64,000 nt of DNA from Pseudomonadota bacterium (GTDB lineage Bacteria > Pseudomonadota > Gammaproteobacteria > Acidiferrobacterales > UBA6901). A model generated the notes under the pieces. That model was not told the origin of the DNA, ran no database searches, and worked only from the letters and a program-made list of their open reading frames with translations. Shown here in pieces: positions 53,876-61,556 of this stretch. Position numbers and translations under genes: made by a program. How positions within the stretch are numbered: the stretch's first letter is position 1; each line of letters opens with the position of its first letter. Location: assembly GCA_027364845.1 (NCBI GenBank), contig DAHXOO010000002.1, positions 12,156 to 76,155 on the forward strand, read 5' to 3'.

Positions 53876-55171
53876 ATGGAAAACGACTTTAGACAAGCCG
53901 CCCTCGATTATCACGCACTGCCGGTACCGGGCAAACTGAGCGTCACCCCTAGCAAGCCCTGTGTCTCTCAATACGATCTGTCCTTGGCCTATACACCGGG
54001 GGTGGCTGAACCGGTGCGTGAGATCGCCAACGACCCCGAGGCGGCGTACCGCTACACCAACCGTGGCAACCTGGTAGCAGTCATCACTGACGGCACCGCG
54101 GTACTGGGGCTGGGAAACGTTGGGCCGATCGCAGCCAAGCCCGTACTCGAAGGCAAGGCGGTACTTTTCAAGTATTTCGCAGGCATCGATGTGTTCGATA
54201 TCGAGGTCGCGGCGCGCACCACCGCTGAATTCATTAATACCGTTGCGGCAATTGCGCCGACGTTCGGGGGAATCAACCTCGAGGACATCGCCGCTCCCGA
54301 ATGCTTCGTGATCGAAGATGCCCTCATGAAGCTCCTGGATATCCCGGTATTCCACGATGATCAGCATGGCACGGCGGTTATCATTGCTGCCGGCCTGCTC
54401 AATGCCCTCGAACTTCAGGGTAAGAAACTAGCGGAAGCACGCATCGTTTGCCTGGGGGCGGGCGCAGCCGGCCTGACATCCATGAGCCTGCTGGTGGACC
54501 TCGGCGCCAACATTGAAAACATCATGGTCGTCGACAGCAAGGGTGTGATCCACAGCGGTCGCGATGACCTGAACGTGTACAAGCAGCGCTTTACACGCGT
54601 CACCGCAGCCCGCAGTCTCGCAGATGCCATGCGCAATGCCGATGTCTTTGTAGGCGTGTCGGCCGCAAATCTGGTAAAACCGGAGATGCTCACAGCGATG
54701 GCCCCAAAGCCCATCGTTTTTGCGCTTTCCAATCCTGACCCGGAGATTCGCCCCGAAGTTGCGCGCAGTACGCGCAGCGATCTCATCATGGCCACTGGAC
54801 GGTCCGATTTTCCGAATCAGATCAATAATGTATTGGGATTTCCGTTCATCTTTCGCGGAGCCCTGGACGTGCGAGCGCGCAGCATCAACCGGGAAATGAT
54901 GATCGCGGCCGTCAAAACACTCTGCGCTCTGACACACGAACCCGTGCCGGCCCAGGTCCTCGAAGCCTATAAGCTCGCGAGCCTGAGCTACGGACCCGAT
55001 TACATCATTCCCAAGCCGCTGGATCCGAGGCTGATTCAGGTCGTACCGCCGGCGGTAGCCCAGGCAGCAATCGACTCGGGCGTCGCGCGCGCACCATTTC
55101 CGGCGCATTACAGCAGACCACAGGGCGGTGACTGGTCAGGCCGCCTGCCCAAAAGCATGCCATCGGAATAG
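53876..55171 (+). CDS. NAD(P)-dependent malic enzyme (short form, no phosphotransacetylase-like domain)
   Basis: [15 protein letters not shown]..., [19 protein letters not shown] and GAGAAG motifs. 431 aa. Confidence 0.92.
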   Translation: MENDFRQAALDYHALPVPGKLSVTPSKPCVSQYDLSLAYTPGVAEPVREIANDPEAAYRYTNRGNLVAVITDGTAVLGLGNVGPIAAKPVLEGKAVLFKYFAGIDVFDIEVAARTTAEFINTVAAIAPTFGGINLEDIAAPECFVIEDALMKLLDIPVFHDDQHGTAVIIAAGLLNALELQGKKLAEARIVCLGAGAAGLTSMSLLVDLGANIENIMVVDSKGVIHSGRDDLNVYKQRFTRVTAARSLADAMRNADVFVGVSAANLVKPEMLTAMAPKPIVFALSNPDPEIRPEVARSTRSDLIMATGRSDFPNQINNVLGFPFIFRGALDVRARSINREMMIAAVKTLCALTHEPVPAQVLEAYKLASLSYGPDYIIPKPLDPRLIQVVPPAVAQAAIDSGVARAPFPAHYSRPQGGDWSGRLPKSMPSE

Positions 55172-55409
55172 CCGGACGCGCGCCCCCGGCTGCTCAAGTC
55201 CTGGCCCGGCTTCGCCGCGCACGTGGCTTACTTGGGAGGGGCCGCAAGAACGGAGCGCTGCGGGCGGGCGCCAGCGACAAACCACGGCTGGCCCTGCGCG
55301 CAGACTACAGGCGGACGGTACGGCGATCAGGAACTTGCGCCCATTTCCTCTATACTAAAAAGAAAAAAATGCTGGACTGGAACCCGGCGGCCGGGAATTG
55401 GAGCATTCA

Positions 55410-56339
55410 ATGGACAAAATCACCATCGTTGGTGCAGGGCGGGTAGGCGAGTCCACAGCTCATAACCTCGCGAAGGCGGAACTGTGTCGGCGAATCGTCC
55501 TCATCGACATCAAGGAGGGGATACCTCAGGGAACCGCCCTGGATATACAAGAATCCGCGCCGATATTCGGGTTCGACACCAAGCTGACCGGGCACAACGA
55601 GCTCGGCGCCATGGCCGGCTCGGACCTGATCATCATCACCGCGGGGGTTCCGCGCAAGCCCGGAATGTCGCGATCTGACGTGCTGGATGTCAATGTTCCG
55701 GTGGTCACTGCAGTTGTCGATGAGGCGGTGCGTTCTGCTCCGGAGGCCATGATTCTCGTGGTAACCAATCCCGTTGATGTGCTGACCTATGTCGCCTGGA
55801 AACGCAGCGGTTGGAAACGCAACCGGGTGTTCGGGCTGTCCGGGGTTCTCGATTCGACGCGCATGGCCAGTTTCGTGGCGATGGAGACCGGCTTTTCCGT
55901 CAAAGACATCAGCGCCATGGTACTGGGAGGACATGGTGACACCATGGTGCCACTGCCCCGGTTCACCTGCGTCAACGGCATACCGATAAGCCGCTTCCTG
56001 GATCCGCAGTCCGTGGCGCGTATTGCCGAACGCACACGCCAGGGGGGTGCTGAGATTCTGGCCCTGCGCAAGACCAGCAGCGCCTACGACGCCCCAGCGG
56101 CGGCAGTGGCAACGATGGTCGATGCCATCCAGCACGGCCGCAAACGAATACTTCCGTGCGTCGCCATTCTCGATGGGGAGTACGGTCAGCACGGGATATG
56201 CATGGGGGTGCCGGTGATGCTCGGCAGCAACGGCATGGAGCAGGTCGTGGAACTGGATCTGAACGAAGAAGAATCCGGTCAATTCAGCCGCTCGGCAGAA
56301 CACGTCCGCGCGGACCTCGCACGGCTCAAGCTCAGCTGA
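55410..56339 (+). CDS. mdh: Malate dehydrogenase (LDH-like type)
   Basis: MDKITIVGAGRVGESTA, ITAGVPRKPGMSR and GGHGDTMVP. The ATG at 55410 is preceded by GGAG. Confidence 0.93.
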   Translation: MDKITIVGAGRVGESTAHNLAKAELCRRIVLIDIKEGIPQGTALDIQESAPIFGFDTKLTGHNELGAMAGSDLIIITAGVPRKPGMSRSDVLDVNVPVVTAVVDEAVRSAPEAMILVVTNPVDVLTYVAWKRSGWKRNRVFGLSGVLDSTRMASFVAMETGFSVKDISAMVLGGHGDTMVPLPRFTCVNGIPISRFLDPQSVARIAERTRQGGAEILALRKTSSAYDAPAAAVATMVDAIQHGRKRILPCVAILDGEYGQHGICMGVPVMLGSNGMEQVVELDLNEEESGQFSRSAEHVRADLARLKLS

Positions 56340-56349
56340 CGCGACGCCT

Positions 56350-56940
56350 TCAGGACGGCATGCCGGCCATGCCCGCAGTTATCGCGAAACGCATCGCGTC
56401 CTGCGTCGACATGGGAACGGACTTGATGGCAGATCGTGGTACCAGCACCATGTGTCCGCCGATCTGATAACTCAGTGGTATGTACACCGCCACTGTGTCT
56501 TCGCTGCCCATTTCCGGCGGAAACCCGGCAAAATCCTGGCGGGTGACGAACCCGAGCGTACTCAGGTTCGTCTGGCCAAGAGTTACCAGTACCACGTGGC
56601 TGAAGCCACGATCCTCGCCGCCCGAAAAGAAGCGCATGAGGTCGCGCAGCGAACCGTAAATAACCTTGACCAGTGGAATCCGACCCAGGATGTTCTCGCC
56701 CCAGCTGAACAGACGGCGCACCACGAAGGCCCGCATCAGCACACCCAGGATGAAAACCAACAATACGCCGGCGATCACCCCCATGCCTACGTGGTACAGG
56801 CCGCGCGGCAGCACCAGCTTGATTCCGGTGCCTAAGATTGACTCCGCCCACGAAGCCAGCCGGATCAGGACATAAAAAGTGATGGCAATCGGCAATATTG
56901 CAGCCAGCCCGGTGAGAAACGTCTTGCTCAGACCTTTCAT
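56350..56940 (-). CDS. DUF502-family membrane protein
   Basis: N-terminus KTFLTGLAAILPIAITFYVL, a second TM helix, and the conserved ...IPLVKVIY..L.. segment typical of DUF502. Confidence 0.78.
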   Translation of the reverse strand: MKGLSKTFLTGLAAILPIAITFYVLIRLASWAESILGTGIKLVLPRGLYHVGMGVIAGVLLVFILGVLMRAFVVRRLFSWGENILGRIPLVKVIYGSLRDLMRFFSGGEDRGFSHVVLVTLGQTNLSTLGFVTRQDFAGFPPEMGSEDTVAVYIPLSYQIGGHMVLVPRSAIKSVPMSTQDAMRFAITAGMAGMPS

Positions 56941-57227
56941 GTCGCATGTCTCCTAAAGATATTCCTCGATGAGCAATAGTGTACGCCGTTTAGGTTGATT
57001 CTGGCCGGCCGAAAGGCCACTTATGCTGCTCTGCTGTACTCCACCACGACGAAGGATGTTGGGGGATCCGTCCGTCTGCCGCGCCGGGGCGACGATCGGA
57101 CGGCGGCTCTGCCAGCCCGTGATCGGTCGAGTTTTGTGTGTATAACAAGGCTATAGGGACGGTGACCGGCTTGCAGCGAGGAACGGTCTTGCAACCAGAA
57201 AGCATAAGCACCGGCGGTGAATCCACC

Positions 57228-58418
57228 ATGGAAAACGTAAGGCGCCTGCTGGGCGGCCTACGTAAAACCGCAGAGGGAGAAATCCTTCACGGCCTGATCG
57301 ACCGTGCGCTGCAGCGCTATCGAACAATGGACGGAGGCAGCGAACAGGCGTTCGCGGGGTTTTTACGTCGGCTGCTCGACAACTACGTCGACAAACCCAT
57401 CAGCGACCCTGTGACTCGGATCAAGGTCCGGGTTCTTCGCCAGCGTCTTGCCGCCTGCCTGCCGCAGACCTCCCGCGCAACCAGGACGTCTGAAAGGCAG
57501 GATGACCCTGCCAGGCATCCGGCTTTGGCGGAAGCGGCGCGGGGAGGAGCTCCGGCGCTCGCCGCTTCTCCCTCGACGACATCGGCTGCGTACATCGGTG
57601 ATGCCGTGCAGGCGCGGCAGCCTGACAACGCGGCGGCTGATACGATAACGGTGGATTCGCTCCCTATCGAGGCCACGCAGATACGGCCTGCGCTCAATCT
57701 GGGATTTGACGGCCTGTTGCAATCCGGCATGGCCACGATCAAGCACAAACACGGCGATGCCGATGGCCTCAGGAACCGTTTGATCCGCGGCATCGAGGAA
57801 CTCGTCCGCAACCAGCATGCGCTGGACGAACATCTGCAGGCGACCACGCGCTACCTCCGCGCAATCCATGCCGACAGGCACCACCTCGCCGATGCGCTAG
57901 AGCAGGCACGCTGCTACAGTCTTACCGATGAGCTCACGGGGCTGCCCAATCGCGCCGCCTTCCTCCGCCAGCTGGAAAGCGAGATCGGGCGCACGCGGCG
58001 CTACCGTTTCTCCTTGGCGCTGGCGCTGATCGATCTCGATGACCTCGGTGCAATCAATGACCGCCACGGACGCGATGTCGGCGATGCCGTGCTGAGTAGC
58101 TATAGCCGCGAAGTGCTGTCGCAGTTCCGCAGCTACGATATAGTTGCGCGCTACGGGAACGATGAGTTCGCCGTCCTGCTCCCCAACACACAACGCGAAG
58201 GCGCCATGTGCGCCCTGGAAAAGGCACGGCAGCGTGCCCGCGATATGCGCATCAAGCACCTGGGCAGGCCGCTGTCCCTCCCGAGTTTTTCGAGCGTTCT
58301 GACATTTTATGCGCCGGGCGAGAAACCTGCGCTCTGGCTTAAGCGGGCGAATGAGGCCCTGAGCCACGCGAAAGCCCAGGGTCCGCGACAATCGGTCGTG
58401 GCCTTGCAGACTGGCTAG
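57228..58418 (+). CDS. GGDEF-domain protein with degenerate active site (GNDEF) and an intact RxxD I-site
   Basis: C-terminal domain LTDELTGLPNRAAF...LIDLDDLGAINDRHG...FRSYDIVARYGNDEFAVLLPNT. The N-terminal ~230 aa are unrecognised. The start is taken at ATG 57228 (MENVRRLL). Confidence 0.8.
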   Translation: MENVRRLLGGLRKTAEGEILHGLIDRALQRYRTMDGGSEQAFAGFLRRLLDNYVDKPISDPVTRIKVRVLRQRLAACLPQTSRATRTSERQDDPARHPALAEAARGGAPALAASPSTTSAAYIGDAVQARQPDNAAADTITVDSLPIEATQIRPALNLGFDGLLQSGMATIKHKHGDADGLRNRLIRGIEELVRNQHALDEHLQATTRYLRAIHADRHHLADALEQARCYSLTDELTGLPNRAAFLRQLESEIGRTRRYRFSLALALIDLDDLGAINDRHGRDVGDAVLSSYSREVLSQFRSYDIVARYGNDEFAVLLPNTQREGAMCALEKARQRARDMRIKHLGRPLSLPSFSSVLTFYAPGEKPALWLKRANEALSHAKAQGPRQSVVALQTG

Positions 58419-58467
58419 CCGGGCAGATTTCGGCCGCTGCGGCCGCCCCAACCCCATCATCGCCTGT

Positions 58468-59910
58468 TTGCCTGGCTACCCAAAGGTGCGGCGGGGCAGT
58501 GCCCTTTCTCGCGCCATTTGTTATTCTTCTCCGGCTGGTAGATTTTCCCTTGCAGATCATGTGAATTCAGAACCAAACAAATGGGAGCTAGTCTTGGCCG
58601 CCGTTCCTGTCCCACCCGATGAATCGGAGCTGATCAGCAAGCTGCTGGCGCTCGCGACCACCCTGCTACAGACGCCCGACGGCACTGTGCTGCGCGCGCA
58701 GCTTGAGCGGGGCAGCAGCGTGCGCACCAACATACTCAAGTCGGTCGACCGTGCTTATATCGCCTTCGTCCACGCCCTGTTGCGCCAATACAGCAAGAAT
58801 CCCAAGAGCGACCCCGCTACCCGTGTGCGCACTATACTTATTCAACAGCGTATCGCTCCCTATCTGGAACCGGACAAGAGGGCGGGAACAGCAGCAGACC
58901 CAGGGTGGCAGGCCGCCGGAGCCGGTGCGCTTGGCGCAATTGAAAGCTTCGAGCAGCAGATAGCTTCGGTATTATGGTCCGTGAGAAACCTGGCGCAGGT
59001 CGACACGCAAGCTGAATATGCATTGGCGCCGGACAACCGGCGCCAGATACAGAGACGGATAAGCGACGGCACCGACGCTGTCCGCAGTCCGGATCCCCAT
59101 GCCGAGCACAACCGTCTTGCGGACATCCACACAGCGCTCGGTCAAGGTCTCGACCGGGCACTGTCCGAAACGATCGATTGCATCGCTCATATTAAGACCG
59201 CCCAGCTCGCCCTGCATCAAGCGGACAATACATCGGAGATCATCGCGTTCCGGCAAATCCTTTTCGATTGCATGGACGAACTGATTCAAGGCCAGGCCTG
59301 TCTGGCTGGGCACTTGCGCTCCGCCGACAGCCGCGCGCGCGAGTTGCGATTACTGCACGATCAGCCGGGGTCTGAGGCCGGACAGCCGCACGACCCGACG
59401 CTGACCGACGCGCTGACCGGCATCCCCAATCGCGCTGCCCTTTTGCATCGTCTCAGAGCCGAGACCGGGCGGGCACAGCGTTATGGAATGCCGCTGGCGC
59501 TGGCAATCCTGGATCCGGACAGACTCAATGACATCGGCAGTTTTGCTGGTGCCGCGGCAGCCGACGAAGTCGTGCGCTGCTACGCACAAGACATTCTGGC
59601 GAATTTCCGAGCCTACGATATGGTGGCGCGTTATAACCATGACGGGGAGTTTGCCGTGTTGCTACCCAACACAGGGCGCGAGCAGGCGGTATCGGCACTG
59701 CACAAGGCCCGACACAGGGTAAGCGGGACGTATTATCAGCACCGGGGCAGGCGGCTGTCGGCCCCGACGTTCTCTTCCGGCCTTACCTGGTATCTTTCCG
59801 GGGAACGTCCTGAAGATCTGTTGCAACGCGCGTCACAGGCATTGCGGCGCGCCAAGAGCAGCGGCACCAATCGCATCGAAACTGCTTTGCCGGAAACAAT
59901 TAGCTGCTGA
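58468..59910 (+). CDS. Paralogous GGDEF-like protein, more degenerate (NHDGEF; lost INDxxG motif), RxxD retained
   Basis: LTDALTGIPNRAAL...ILDPDRLNDIGSFAG...FRAYDMVARYNHDGEFAVLLPNT. It shares the N-terminal motif P(K/I)SDP(A/V)TR(V/I) with the upstream gene. The true start is uncertain; GTG 58561 is possible. Confidence 0.72.
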   Translation: MPGYPKVRRGSALSRAICYSSPAGRFSLADHVNSEPNKWELVLAAVPVPPDESELISKLLALATTLLQTPDGTVLRAQLERGSSVRTNILKSVDRAYIAFVHALLRQYSKNPKSDPATRVRTILIQQRIAPYLEPDKRAGTAADPGWQAAGAGALGAIESFEQQIASVLWSVRNLAQVDTQAEYALAPDNRRQIQRRISDGTDAVRSPDPHAEHNRLADIHTALGQGLDRALSETIDCIAHIKTAQLALHQADNTSEIIAFRQILFDCMDELIQGQACLAGHLRSADSRARELRLLHDQPGSEAGQPHDPTLTDALTGIPNRAALLHRLRAETGRAQRYGMPLALAILDPDRLNDIGSFAGAAAADEVVRCYAQDILANFRAYDMVARYNHDGEFAVLLPNTGREQAVSALHKARHRVSGTYYQHRGRRLSAPTFSSGLTWYLSGERPEDLLQRASQALRRAKSSGTNRIETALPETISC

Positions 59911-60010
59911 GCGTTTCATCAGGAATTACCGCGCGCCGGCGTTTGGCGGCAGGATAAACCAGAACCGGCGATTCTCAGGTCGTGCGCGGCCAGACACGCG
60001 GTGTCGGATA

Positions 60011-60403
60011 TCAACCGTGTCTTCTGGCTGCCAGTCCGATGTGCGTAACTCCGGCCACGCGGCAGGCATCCATCACCGCCATCAGGCTCTGGACTGAAGC
60101 CTGTTTCGCACCCTCAATGGTGACAACGACATGGGCCGGGTCGCGCCCCTGCAGGAGGGCCGTCAGCTGGACCGCGGAAAGCGTGCGCCCACCCACCGTA
60201 ATAATGCCCTCGGAATCCAGCGCTACCAGGACCTTCGGTCGTGGCAGGGAGGTAGCGGTAGCGCTATCGGGGAGACTGGTCGCGAGTCCCACTGATGGAA
60301 TCATGCGCAACGTGATCATGATAAAGAAGACCAGCAGGAAAAACATGATGTCGATCATCGGGATAATTTCGATGCGGGCTTTTTTTCTTTCGAAGTAGCG
60401 CAC
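60011..60403 (-). CDS. exbD: Biopolymer transport protein ExbD/TolR
   Basis: 130 aa; IEIIPMIDIMFFLLVFF single TM helix plus a periplasmic domain. It starts 1 nt after the exbB stop. Confidence 0.87.
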   Translation of the reverse strand: MRYFERKKARIEIIPMIDIMFFLLVFFIMITLRMIPSVGLATSLPDSATATSLPRPKVLVALDSEGIITVGGRTLSAVQLTALLQGRDPAHVVVTIEGAKQASVQSLMAVMDACRVAGVTHIGLAARRHG

Positions 60404-60404
60404 T

Positions 60405-61100
60405 TCAGATTTCTCCTGCTCTGAGCATGCGCGGAACGGCCGGGCGCTCGCGTCCGCGCGGACCGGCCTGCAGCGGAATCCGGTAATGCGGATACATCCG
60501 ATTGATGATCATCACTTTCAGCGTTTCAAGCTGGTGCATGATTACGCGCACCCGGTTGTTAAGTCCATTGAACAGCACCAGCCCGATGATGGCCACGAAC
60601 AATCCCGACGCGGTGGCCAACAGCGCCTCGGCCACACCGCCGGTGACCTGGCTGGGCGCGCCGGCGGCGTCTGAGAGCACATGAAAGGTGCTGAACATGC
60701 CGAGAATGGTTCCCAGGAGACCGAGCAACGGTGCCAGCGTGACAATGGTATCGAGCGCCCACAGGTAGCGGTCGATGCGGGGTGCTTCACGCAATATCGC
60801 CTCCTCGATCCTGTCGGAGAGTCGTTCGAACTCGTGATCCAGGTCGTGCTTGAGGGTGGCTGCCAGCACCTGGGCGGGGGGCAGATTCTTGCAGTTTTCG
60901 CCGAGATCCAGCAGTTGCTGCTCCTCGAGCCGGGTTACCGGGTCCAGCTTTGCCATGATCCGGTTTCCCGCCACGAGTGCCCGCTTAAGGTACCACGCCC
61001 GTTCCAGCGCGATGGTCAGGGCAATGAACAGCAGCAGCGCCATTAGGTAGACGATGTCGCCGGTAGAGTTTGCCGCATGCATGAAAGTGTCGAGATTCAT
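60405..61100 (-). CDS. exbB: MotA/TolQ/ExbB proton-channel protein
   Basis: Three TM helices with the conserved LGLLGTILGM and VAEALLATASGL segments. Confidence 0.87.
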   Translation of the reverse strand: MNLDTFMHAANSTGDIVYLMALLLFIALTIALERAWYLKRALVAGNRIMAKLDPVTRLEEQQLLDLGENCKNLPPAQVLAATLKHDLDHEFERLSDRIEEAILREAPRIDRYLWALDTIVTLAPLLGLLGTILGMFSTFHVLSDAAGAPSQVTGGVAEALLATASGLFVAIIGLVLFNGLNNRVRVIMHQLETLKVMIINRMYPHYRIPLQAGPRGRERPAVPRMLRAGEI

Positions 61101-61556
61101 ATGCCTTGCCCGTAATGATGAAGGTACCGTGGCTGTTGTCCAGGCGCGGATCGGGTACCGCGACTTGGGTCGACGCCTCGAAAATTCGAGTTGCCTTGTG
61201 CCCGCTGAGCCTCTATCCCATGCTGCCTGGGTTTTCGTCCAACCGTTCCGATTGTGGGCAACGACACACTGCGCCCGCTTGAAGCGGTCTGCTCACGCCC
61301 ACGCAAAGAGCCACTCCCGCAAAGCCGTGGCGGTCACTTCTGCACCGGACACTGCTGTTGCAATCGGCTTCGGAATCGATCGTGAATCTAGACCAGGAAT
61401 ATTACGCAGGCATGACGCTTCGATGACTTTGATGCGACCGGTGTACCGGTGGCACAACCCCTGGCCGATCCGATGCCGTCACCGTCTGCAGGCAGATACC
61501 GGCCTGGCAAACCGCTCCGCGGATGCAAGCACCACCCGGAGAATCGCCCACTACTA

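Noticed and set aside
61101-61140. Possible Fur box near the exbB start (GTAATGATGA).
   Set aside because: It shows only a partial half-site resemblance to GATAATGATAATCATTATC, which is not enough to call.
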